Virus record (IMG/VR): IMGVR_UViG_3300032238_000599
Span: 1-64,000 of that record
From: a virus
DNA length: 64,000 nt
Reading direction: 5' to 3' (one strand)
Shown here: positions 39,183 through 47,680 of the stretch, piece after piece
Numbering within the stretch: the stretch's first letter is position 1
Layout of the letters: each line of letters starts with the position of its first letter
Notes under the pieces: generated by a model
What the model saw: only the letters and a program-made list of their open reading frames with translations
The model's database searches: none
What the model was told of the DNA's origin: nothing
Made by a program: the position numbers and the translations under genes

Positions 39183-41528
39183 TTAACCGTACCAATCTAA
39201 TAAATCGTTATCAGGAACTGTTTCAGTACCTGGGAACTTAGTTCTAGCTTTTGCCGCAAGCTCTTTATTAAGCTCGGCAGCTTCCTGTAATCCTCTTCTT
39301 AGTAAATGAAGAGTTTGTGTAAATTTTCCACTTGAAAAATTTGTTGAGCAAGTTTGTACTTTATACAATCCTGAAAAATTTAATAAAAGTTTATCGGATG
39401 CAAAATCGTACATGCCTGCGCTTTGGTTAATATCAACTGGCGTTTTAAAATTAACAATAATATCAACTTCGCTCGATTGATAATCAATTGCTCCGTCATT
39501 GTTAATGTTGTCATACCCTGTTTCGTTCTTAGCTGTATAATTACCCATTCCGCTGTCGCCAAGATAATACGGATCACCCATGATCTTCATATCAACTTCA
39601 ATCATGTCTGCACCTTCACTTAACGCTTCGTGGAATTGTCGAGCTCGACGAGTAGCAGAATTTTCAGATCCACCTCCGCCAAGTTTATCTGTCGATGTTT
39701 GCAAACCAACTGGCAATGTCTTCGATCCAGTAGATCCAGTTACTACTGTTTTTTCACCGTCTAACGGAGGAAGTTCTGTGTCGGTTGCATCTTGGCTTCC
39801 TTGTTCTGCTTGCATTTTAATATCTTGCGAATTATTGCCGCCATCAGCCGCAAACTTTTGGAAGAAACTATTTTGAATAGTAATATCAAAGTCTAAAACG
39901 TCTAAATTCTTACCAGTATAAATGTAGTTATACTCTTTAATAGCCTGCTTCTTAAGTTCTTCAAACCCTGGAGCAGGCACGTTAGCTGGCATAAATTTTC
40001 CAGAATGTACTTTATATGGCACAACTCTATAGACAACAATTTTAGGTTTTTGTCCTGTTTTGGCTAAGTTAGAATCATCTGATATTTGATAAAATTGTGT
40101 TTCAATTCTCCACCAAGGTAAAAATCCTTTGTCGTCAATCATGTTACCTTTAAGAGCTTGTTGAGCATAGTTACTTTGTAAAATAACTTGATTAATACTG
40201 TTCATTACGTCAGTATCTTGTCTAAATTTAAACTCGCTCATTGCAGGGTCTTGTTGACTGTCAACTTCACCTCGAATATAAGTTCCACTAGTCTCATCAT
40301 AGGCTTTGTTTTCTTTTCCGTATGATGGATCACCTTTTCTTTCTAAATTAAATCCCATGCTTGATTGTCCAACTGCATTGCAAGCATCTGTATTTTGCAC
40401 TACATTAGTTCCTGCACTAGTTGTAACTTGTGTAACGCCTAACTTTTCAAAAAGAGTAGAAGATGCATTTGCTTTGCTAGTGTCGGCAGTAGCTGGTGTG
40501 CTATCTTCCGGAGTTGCATCTGAGCCTGAAGAATTTGGCGTGGCACTACTTGCAATTTCTTGCGGGAATAAAATTAAAATTTGATCCGCAGTAGCAAGAA
40601 CTTTGTCCTTAACTAATTTTGCTTGATAATCGTTTAAAACTTTTTGTAAACTTTTTTCACCCGTTTGTAAAACTTCTTGAACTGTCTTACCACTAATCGA
40701 AATATCAGTTTTGTTTTTAGTGTAGTTGTCGCTGAATGCACCATCATTCCAAATAATACATTGAACTTGATACGTTGCGCCTTTACCAGTAACTTTCATT
40801 ACTACTTCACGAAATTTAATTGGAAAATATTTTCTTAGCTGAGGTAAATCAACTGTTTCGTTTTGTTCAGTAAATCCTTTAAAATCAATTTGAAACAAAA
40901 ACGGGCATTCAACATAACTAGGTTGTCCTGCTTGGTCGGCGGCAATAGCAACTGACTCCATAAACAATCCCATACTGTATGGTTCTGTAACTGTAAAATT
41001 TAAACTTGTTGCACTACTATTACCTGTATTTTTATCAAATCCTACAATACTTTCAATATTAACGTTATCAATAAAAAAATCAAATTTTCCGTAATCTGTT
41101 TCAATTCGGTTGTCTGGACTACCGGCGGCGCTTTTTGCAATAATAAATTGTGGTATACCTGCTCTATAAGTAGAATCGGGATTGTTAATAGAATTGTCTG
41201 GCAACGCACTTAAAGTAAAAATATAAGTGTAACTAGAAAAAATATTTAAAATATTAGGATAAGGCGGAGCTGGAATATCTCCAGCTGCCTTAGCCAGCAT
41301 TGAAGGTGCTTTAAGTAATTTTGTAATATCAACATTAAATGCACCTAGTGGATCTCTAATTAAGTTACTAACTTGTCCAGCAACTTTGTTTGCCGCGCCA
41401 GCAATTTGTCCTGCTGTTTGAGTAACCGTAGCACTTAAATTACTTGCTAGTCCTGAATTTGTTAGTGTATTCTTTGCTGAGTTGACTGCATTAGTCGCCG
41501 CTGATTGTATAACATCAAAATTTGGCAT
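39183..41528 (-). CDS. baseplate hub-type structural protein
   Basis: I.GDPY and FSG.YKV....F..G.F.Q.L motifs typical of hub proteins, positioned between gp53-like and gp5-like genes. Confidence 0.55.
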   Translation of the reverse strand: MPNFDVIQSAATNAVNSAKNTLTNSGLASNLSATVTQTAGQIAGAANKVAGQVSNLIRDPLGAFNVDITKLLKAPSMLAKAAGDIPAPPYPNILNIFSSYTYIFTLSALPDNSINNPDSTYRAGIPQFIIAKSAAGSPDNRIETDYGKFDFFIDNVNIESIVGFDKNTGNSSATSLNFTVTEPYSMGLFMESVAIAADQAGQPSYVECPFLFQIDFKGFTEQNETVDLPQLRKYFPIKFREVVMKVTGKGATYQVQCIIWNDGAFSDNYTKNKTDISISGKTVQEVLQTGEKSLQKVLNDYQAKLVKDKVLATADQILILFPQEIASSATPNSSGSDATPEDSTPATADTSKANASSTLFEKLGVTQVTTSAGTNVVQNTDACNAVGQSSMGFNLERKGDPSYGKENKAYDETSGTYIRGEVDSQQDPAMSEFKFRQDTDVMNSINQVILQSNYAQQALKGNMIDDKGFLPWWRIETQFYQISDDSNLAKTGQKPKIVVYRVVPYKVHSGKFMPANVPAPGFEELKKQAIKEYNYIYTGKNLDVLDFDITIQNSFFQKFAADGGNNSQDIKMQAEQGSQDATDTELPPLDGEKTVVTGSTGSKTLPVGLQTSTDKLGGGGSENSATRRARQFHEALSEGADMIEVDMKIMGDPYYLGDSGMGNYTAKNETGYDNINNDGAIDYQSSEVDIIVNFKTPVDINQSAGMYDFASDKLLLNFSGLYKVQTCSTNFSSGKFTQTLHLLRRGLQEAAELNKELAAKARTKFPGTETVPDNDLLDWYG

Positions 41529-41529
41529 A

Positions 41530-41829
41530 TTATAGTCCTAAAATAGTTTTTAAACTATTTCCTTTAGGTATGTATATTTGAGTTCCAGGAATAAAATCAA
41601 GGATAGGATCTTGAATAGCATCAAGATTGCGTTGAACAAACACCCACCACAGTGCCGAATCTCCATACAAGTCATGCGCTAGTAGATCTGGACGATGTGT
41701 ATATTGCGGTTCAATTGTATACAAGAAATCATCTTCTTCGGCACTAACTGGTCGAATTTTTAAAATGCCTAGATAATTATCTTGTACTTGAGTGGCGAAC
41801 CAAGGACTTTTAGGAGAATATTTTGCCAT
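41530..41829 (-). CDS. baseplate wedge gp53-like (LysM-like)
   Basis: RPDLLAHDLYG...LWWVF...N motif. Confidence 0.75.
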   Translation of the reverse strand: MAKYSPKSPWFATQVQDNYLGILKIRPVSAEEDDFLYTIEPQYTHRPDLLAHDLYGDSALWWVFVQRNLDAIQDPILDFIPGTQIYIPKGNSLKTILGL

Positions 41830-42851
41830 TAGATATATCCTGCACCAGAACTTGTCAATGTATCGCCATTGACAAATTTTTGTAAATTAAATGTACGCAC
41901 ACTTTCTCTGCTGTAGGCAACTTGAAGTGTAACGCTGAAAGTACTTTTTGTAGGAACGTGTGTTGTTCCACTAGCTGAGGTGCCGCCTAACCCGCTAATA
42001 AAATTACTAACGCTTGCGGCTGCTCCTGCTACTCCTGCAACTGAATTTGCTAAATTTGATATAGCTGGTATTCCCCCAGTTAGTCCTGCAATAAGGCCTG
42101 CTTGGTTAGCAATTCCTCCTAAGCCCGACGACCTTGATCCTGCCATTGGACTAGTAGCAATATAATCAGAATTTGCATCAAGCTGTACACTAAAGTTTGA
42201 AATTACTACAGGAACATTTTTAAAAACAAAGTCTCCGTATCCATTAAGTGCTAGAATAACAGGAGGATTGCCTGCTGGACTACTGTCGCCAGTAAACATT
42301 TTTGTGGCACTTCTTAAAAAGTGAACTGCCGCAATCCAGTACGCACCTTGTACGCTATCCTCAACTATAAAAGGTGCAGAAATTGTTATTGAATCTGGTT
42401 GACTATTTTGATATGCTTGGAACGGATAGTTATTGTGTACCGGACTTATTGCTTCATACTTAGCACTTCCTGATATATTAATAGTGGGTGTGTAGGGAAA
42501 CACAAGTCCGCCAGCAGCCTTTAACGGTGCAAACACCGAACTTGAATCAAATATGGTTCCGCCTGGTACACTTAATCGAACACGCCAATCGTTGTTAGCA
42601 TCGGCGCCGCCAAATATTGCAGACGCAGAAATTACCTTTCCAACAATGTTTCCACCAGCTGGTAAATTAATGCTTCGCAATTTACTGAGTAGATTAGTTG
42701 GGTTGGCTAAATTACTAAGTGCCGAACTTAATTGCATTCCTGCGCTACTTAAACTGCCTAGTTGCCCAAAGGCAGCTACGGCATTTGAACCCACCGATTG
42801 CGCCGCGTTTGCGACTGTGTTTATACCTGCGCCTAAGTCAAATCCTGCCAT
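41829..42851 (-). CDS. tail tube initiator / baseplate-tube junction protein
   Basis: FPYTPTI, PPV..LNGYG..VF.NVPVVI..F motifs, first gene of the baseplate operon. Confidence 0.55.
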   Translation of the reverse strand: MAGFDLGAGINTVANAAQSVGSNAVAAFGQLGSLSSAGMQLSSALSNLANPTNLLSKLRSINLPAGGNIVGKVISASAIFGGADANNDWRVRLSVPGGTIFDSSSVFAPLKAAGGLVFPYTPTINISGSAKYEAISPVHNNYPFQAYQNSQPDSITISAPFIVEDSVQGAYWIAAVHFLRSATKMFTGDSSPAGNPPVILALNGYGDFVFKNVPVVISNFSVQLDANSDYIATSPMAGSRSSGLGGIANQAGLIAGLTGGIPAISNLANSVAGVAGAAASVSNFISGLGGTSASGTTHVPTKSTFSVTLQVAYSRESVRTFNLQKFVNGDTLTSSGAGYI

Positions 42852-42871
42852 TTTGAGTATCTCCTATACTC

Positions 42872-42879
42872 TATTTATT
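42872..42879 (-). promoter_or_regulatory. late promoter AATAAATA for the baseplate/tail operon
   Basis: TAAATA core directly upstream of the AGGAG SD hairpin. Confidence 0.6.
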
Positions 42880-42907
42880 TGACAAAATTATCTGCGTAGT
42901 TTATAAT
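42879..42907 (+). promoter_or_regulatory. sigma70-type promoter for the late sigma/gp47/gp46 operon
   Basis: TTGACA (42879-42884), 17 bp, TATAAT (42902-42907). Confidence 0.85.
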
Positions 42908-42930
42908 AGCACATCAGGATCCGAGGAAAG

Positions 42931-43755
42931 ATGACTAAAGTAAATTACTTAAACAACAAAGACATATTAGAAGAAATCCACCGTTCGAAGAATACCTATT
43001 CGAGCTATACAAAACCAGAATATAGTAGCTACGATCTTATTCTGCCTAATTTGGATAAAATTAATATTCGCACTATAGCAGAAGCTAAACGTGCTAAAGC
43101 CAAACGACAAAGCCAAGCTGAGTACGAAAGGCGCAAAAAAGAGGGTGAAAAAGTCAAACAAGCAGACTGCGAAGTTGACTATAAAAAGATTAAAAAAGAA
43201 GATCTAGTATTCCGTATAATGACGTTTGATCATATACCGACAAACAGCACACGAAAGAAAAATCCTAAAACAGTTGCTGACGGACGAGACAAAGTTAATT
43301 TTCCTCCATATCAGCACTGGAAGTTTGATGAGAATGATCAATTAATCTGTGTTGGAAAGAGTCACTGGAAAGGTCCGGTGGACACTGGCAAGTTCAACAA
43401 AGATCATGGGCAAATTACAAACACCTTAGCTCGTATGTACATTAAACTCTGCGAACGATATGCTACTCGCGGAAACGTTCGCGGCTACACATATAACGAC
43501 GAAATGAAAGGGCAGGCTATTTTACAGCTTACACAAATTGGTTTACAGTTTGATGAAAGTAAATCAAACAATCCGTTTGCCTATTATACTGCGGCTGTTA
43601 CTAACAGTTTCGTTAGAGTTATTAATATTGAAAAACGTAATCAAAACATTCGAGATGACATTTTAGAAATCAACGGCATGAATCCTTCTTACACTAGAAC
43701 AGGGGAAGGTGAATATGCTAATGCTATGAAACGCCACAACGAGGATCATGAATGA
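42931..43755 (+). CDS. gp55: late-transcription sigma factor (T4 gp55-like)
   Basis: NYLNNKD N-terminus, YTY.DEM...A, FD..KS.NPFAYYT, SF.R.I..EK. Sits upstream of gp47/gp46. Confidence 0.8.
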   Translation: MTKVNYLNNKDILEEIHRSKNTYSSYTKPEYSSYDLILPNLDKINIRTIAEAKRAKAKRQSQAEYERRKKEGEKVKQADCEVDYKKIKKEDLVFRIMTFDHIPTNSTRKKNPKTVADGRDKVNFPPYQHWKFDENDQLICVGKSHWKGPVDTGKFNKDHGQITNTLARMYIKLCERYATRGNVRGYTYNDEMKGQAILQLTQIGLQFDESKSNNPFAYYTAAVTNSFVRVINIEKRNQNIRDDILEINGMNPSYTRTGEGEYANAMKRHNEDHE

Positions 43756-44762
43756 GCTTATTTAAAAAAGCCGCATTATTTACAGACATACACTTTGGTT
43801 TAAAGTCTAACAGCCATACACATAATCAAGACTGTGAGGATTTTGTAGACTGGTATATTGCAAAAGCCAAGGAGGAAGGCTGTGACACTGGAATTTTTAT
43901 GGGTGATTGGCATCACAATCGGAACAGTCTTAACATCACTACTATGGACTATAGCCTTAGGGCCTTGGAAAAACTGGGTCAGGCGTTCAATCAATTTTAC
44001 TTTTTCCCTGGTAATCATGATCTATATTACAAGGACAAGCGGGATATCCATTCAGTCGAGTTCGGTAAGTACATACCTGGAATTACTGTGGTACATGAAC
44101 CTATTACCATTGGCGATGTTACATTATGCCCTTGGCTCGTCGGCGACGAATGGAAGGCAATAGGTAAAAAGAAAGCCAAATATATCTTTGGGCATTTTGA
44201 ACTTCCGCATTTTTACATGAATGCAATGGTACAAATGCCAGACCATGGGGAAATACAACTAGATGCATTTAACGGTTATGAGATGGGCTTTAGCGGGCAC
44301 TTCCATAAGCGTCAAAGCAAAGGTAATATGCACTATATCGGCAATGCATTTCCACACAACTATGCAGATGCTTGGGATGATGACCGAGGAATGTGTATAT
44401 TAGAGTGGGGTGGCACGCCAACTTATCACAGTTGGCCTGAACAACCTACATTCCGTACAGTAAAACTAAGTCAGCTTATCGACGAAGCTGATACTCTGAT
44501 TAAACCTAAACAACACTTGCGTGTTAGCTTAGACATTGATATTAGTTACGAAGAGGCAAGTTTTATTAAAGAAAAGTTTATGTCGGATTATGAGATTAGA
44601 GAACTTACTTTAATCACTGAAAAGAAAGACGTTGAAATTAATACAGACATCAATATTCAAGCCTTTGAAAGTGTTGATCAGATTGTGTCCAATCAGATTG
44701 TAAGTATTCAAAGCGATACGTATAATACAAATACTTTACTGGCAATTTATAACAGCCTATGA
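43752..44762 (+). CDS. gp47: recombination nuclease (Mre11/SbcD, T4 gp47-like)
   Basis: Metallophosphoesterase motifs DIHFG, GDWHH, GNHD, GHF, SGHFH. Confidence 0.9.
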   Translation: MSLFKKAALFTDIHFGLKSNSHTHNQDCEDFVDWYIAKAKEEGCDTGIFMGDWHHNRNSLNITTMDYSLRALEKLGQAFNQFYFFPGNHDLYYKDKRDIHSVEFGKYIPGITVVHEPITIGDVTLCPWLVGDEWKAIGKKKAKYIFGHFELPHFYMNAMVQMPDHGEIQLDAFNGYEMGFSGHFHKRQSKGNMHYIGNAFPHNYADAWDDDRGMCILEWGGTPTYHSWPEQPTFRTVKLSQLIDEADTLIKPKQHLRVSLDIDISYEEASFIKEKFMSDYEIRELTLITEKKDVEINTDINIQAFESVDQIVSNQIVSIQSDTYNTNTLLAIYNSL

Positions 44763-46540
44763 TAAAAATTAAAGATTTAACTGTAAAAAACTTTATGAGT
44801 GTGGGCAATCAAACCCAGGCTGTAGATTTTTGCAAAGAACAACTTACACTAGTTCTAGGAGAAAACTTAGATCAAGGTGGAGATGATAGTGGTTCACGTA
44901 ACGGCACAGGTAAAACAACAATTGTCAATGCATTAAGTTATGCACTTTACGGGCAAGCACTAACAAACATTAAAAAAGATAATTTAATCAACAAGATTAA
45001 CAATAAGAATATGTTGGTTACACTACATTTTGAAAAAGATGGGGTAGATTATCGAATCGAGCGTGGACGTAAGCCTAACATTCTTAAGTTTTATATTAAC
45101 GATCAAGAACAAGACGCCGAAGAAAGTGATGATGCACAAGGCGACATGCGTGAAACACAAAAGGATTTAGATGATATCCTAGGTATGAGTCACGATATGT
45201 TTAAGCATATTCTAGCACTTAATACCTATACTGAGCCTTTCTTAAGTATGCGTAGCGGTGATCAACGTGCTATTATTGAACAGTTGCTAGGTATTACTAT
45301 TCTTAGCGAAAAAGCAGAAGCACTTAAAGAATTAGTTCGGTTAACTAAAGAACAAATAACACAAGAAAGTGCTAACATTGAAGCGTCACGTAAGTCTAAC
45401 GAAAAAATACAAGAAAGTATTCTAGCATTAGAGCGTAGACAAACTATGTGGTTAGCAAAGAAAGAAGAAGACTTAACTAAGTTACTAAATCAATGGAACG
45501 AATTACAAAAAATCGACATTGAAGTTGAAATTCAATCTTGGAAGGATTTATCTGCGTACAATCAAAAGAAAAAAGATATTGGTGATATTACTTCAGCTAT
45601 CGCAAGATCCGAGACTGATCTAAATCGAGAACAATCTAATGTTAAGAAGCTAAACAAAGAACTAGCTTCATTAGCAGAACACAAATGTCATAGCTGTGGA
45701 CAAGAACTACATGATACTAAACATGAAGAACTGGTAAAAACTAAAACTGATAGTTTAGTAGAATCTGAAGAAACCATTAAAGAATATGAAGATCGTATTG
45801 TACAACTTCAAGAAGCAATTACAGAGCTAGGTGAATTAGGTCCTCAACCTAGTGTAGTCTATGCAAAAGAAGAAGATGCTATTCATCATCGTAGTACATT
45901 GTCTAGTTTAGAAAAACAAATAGCTTCTAAACAAGAAGAAACAGATCCATATCAAGAACAAATTGACGATATTAAACAAACTGCCTTACAAGAAATTGTT
46001 TGGGACAAAGTTAATGAACTTAACAGTTTAAAAGATCATCAAGAATTCCTACTTAAACTTTTAACTAGCAAAGATAGTTTTATCCGTAAGAAGATTATTG
46101 ATCAAAACTTAGCATACTTAAACAATCGTTTAACTTATTATCTTGATAAGATGGGTTTGCCGCACACTGTCAGTTTCTTAAACGACTTAAACGTAGAAAT
46201 TACACAACTAGGGCAAGACTTAGACTTTGATAACTTGTCACGCGGTGAACGCAACAGACTTATCTTAGGGTTGTCATGGGCATTCCGTGATGTGTGGGAA
46301 AGTTTATATCAAAACATTAACTTGTTATTCATTGATGAGTTAATTGACAACGGACTAGATGCCAACGGTGTTGAAAACGCACTAGCAGTTCTTAAGAAGA
46401 TGGGCAGAGAACGTAATAAAAACGTTTATCTAATTAGTCACAAGGATGAATTAATTGGGCGTGTTAACAATGTACTTAAAGTTATTAAAGAAAATGGCTT
46501 TACATCATACGCGAACGATTTAGAAATAGAAGATGAATGA
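44759..46540 (+). CDS. gp46: recombination ATPase (Rad50/SbcC, T4 gp46-like)
   Basis: KNFMSVG, Walker A NGTGKT, coiled coil with CHSC zinc hook, LSRGE signature, FIDE, ISH. Confidence 0.92.
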   Translation: MIKIKDLTVKNFMSVGNQTQAVDFCKEQLTLVLGENLDQGGDDSGSRNGTGKTTIVNALSYALYGQALTNIKKDNLINKINNKNMLVTLHFEKDGVDYRIERGRKPNILKFYINDQEQDAEESDDAQGDMRETQKDLDDILGMSHDMFKHILALNTYTEPFLSMRSGDQRAIIEQLLGITILSEKAEALKELVRLTKEQITQESANIEASRKSNEKIQESILALERRQTMWLAKKEEDLTKLLNQWNELQKIDIEVEIQSWKDLSAYNQKKKDIGDITSAIARSETDLNREQSNVKKLNKELASLAEHKCHSCGQELHDTKHEELVKTKTDSLVESEETIKEYEDRIVQLQEAITELGELGPQPSVVYAKEEDAIHHRSTLSSLEKQIASKQEETDPYQEQIDDIKQTALQEIVWDKVNELNSLKDHQEFLLKLLTSKDSFIRKKIIDQNLAYLNNRLTYYLDKMGLPHTVSFLNDLNVEITQLGQDLDFDNLSRGERNRLILGLSWAFRDVWESLYQNINLLFIDELIDNGLDANGVENALAVLKKMGRERNKNVYLISHKDELIGRVNNVLKVIKENGFTSYANDLEIEDE

Positions 46541-46778
46541 TTCACATGACGAATTACTAAAGGCTTTCAGGCAATACTTTGAAGCTAACCAACGGTGGAT
46601 TAATGACCAAACACGAGTTGCGGGCATGGATATGCGGTGGTGGCTTTCAGAAATTAGGCGAATATGCACAAGGCGACGGGCAGAGGTACAGGAATGGCGC
46701 CACGAAGTGGACAGCGCAAAGCGCGAACGGAAAAAGCGCCAAAAAGAGGAGGCCAGTAAAGGCAAAGATAATACATAG
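46533..46778 (+). CDS. small basic helical protein (possible nucleic-acid binding)
   Basis: 81 aa, Arg/Lys-rich, overlaps the gp46 stop. Confidence 0.65.
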   Translation: MNDSHDELLKAFRQYFEANQRWINDQTRVAGMDMRWWLSEIRRICTRRRAEVQEWRHEVDSAKRERKKRQKEEASKGKDNT

Positions 46779-46781
46779 TTG

Positions 46782-47219
46782 ATGTCATGGTATTATCAAA
46801 ACTCAATAATCGAAACTCTACCCGAAGAATGTATAGGCTTCGTTTATTGTATCACTAATAACATCACTGGTCGCAAGTATATAGGCAAGAAATTAGCAAA
46901 ATTCTCTAAGACAACTTATAAAACAGTAAAACTCAAAAACGGCAACAAGAAGAAAAAACGGATTCGATCTAAAATCGATTCTGATTGGCGTGAATACTAT
47001 GGCAGCAACGACCAACTAAACAAAGACGTAGAACAACTAGGCGCAGAAAACTTTCACAGAGAGATACTTTATTACTGCACATCAAAGGCTGAATGTAGTT
47101 ATATCGAGGCTCGAGAACAATTCTCAAGGCGAGTATTAGAATCAGACGACTACTACAACGGACAAATCGCTGTTCGTGTACACGGCTCACATATTAAAGG
47201 CAAACAATTAAACGGTTAA
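46782..47219 (+). CDS. stand-alone GIY-YIG endonuclease
   Basis: GFVY...YIG motif, W..YYGS, candidate catalytic Glu in SYIEAREQ, YYN. No C-terminal DNA-binding domain. Confidence 0.82.
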   Translation: MSWYYQNSIIETLPEECIGFVYCITNNITGRKYIGKKLAKFSKTTYKTVKLKNGNKKKKRIRSKIDSDWREYYGSNDQLNKDVEQLGAENFHREILYYCTSKAECSYIEAREQFSRRVLESDDYYNGQIAVRVHGSHIKGKQLNG

Positions 47220-47221
47220 GG

Positions 47222-47575
47222 CAAGCGTCAGCTAATATCAGACGCCCTATACCTGGATCTTGGATCGCAGGGATGGAAAACTCTCGCCGTTAAGAGTGCT
47301 CAACCACTACCCGAAAGGATGAGGATCGCTTGTAAGCCCTGCGATTTGGTTGTTTGAAAAGGAAAGTATAGGCAAAAGGAAGGGAGAAAAACCCTACGTA
47401 TACGCTAGTGATAGCAGATTTGCGTATACCGCCGTTGTAAGAAGACGGAGCTCGTGGTACAGGACAACCGCCACTGTAATGCTCTACTGCTGTGTGACAT
47501 TGTGCAACTCAGATAATGTTTATTTTTAGCCCGGAAACGGGCTAAGTGTGACTGAACAATCTAGATAATATCTTA
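47222..47575 (+). ncRNA. candidate large structured non-coding RNA
   Basis: No long ORF, about 48% GC by hand count over 47221-47550, more than 10 nested helices, GAAA tetraloops and possible pseudoknots. Strand inferred from the GNRA loops and operon direction. Confidence 0.65.
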
Positions 47576-47649
47576 AGTGCTTCGCACTTCATTATAACTA
47601 GTAAAATGCGTTGAGCTTTAGCGAAAACGCAAGTGAGCTTCAGCTCACT
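47575..47649. repeat. cluster of three short hairpins
   Basis: AAGTGC-ttc-GCACTT, TGCGTT...AACGCA, AGTGAGC-ttca-GCTCACT. Confidence 0.7.
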
Positions 47650-47652
47650 ATT

Positions 47653-47660
47653 AATAAATA
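47653..47660 (+). promoter_or_regulatory. late promoter AATAAATA
   Basis: TAAATA core 20 nt before ATG 47681. Confidence 0.55.
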
Positions 47661-47680
47661 AACTATATTGAGCTTGAACG

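Noticed and set aside
12170-42882. Many short + strand ORFs inside the minus-strand structural operon
   Set aside because: Fully nested antisense to long genes, with no translation signals
47222-47575. tRNA, tmRNA or RNase P RNA
   Set aside because: No cloverleaf or TTCGA T-arm with CCA end, no tmRNA termini, no GAGGAAAGTCC RNase P motif
46782-47650. Group I intron carrying a GIY-YIG homing endonuclease
   Set aside because: No interrupted host gene is visible: gp46 is complete and the downstream gene has its own promoter and start. Canonical P7 elements are not clearly present, since CTCAGATAATG and CTAGATAATATC resemble them only loosely. A degenerate intron-derived RNA cannot be excluded without cmsearch.
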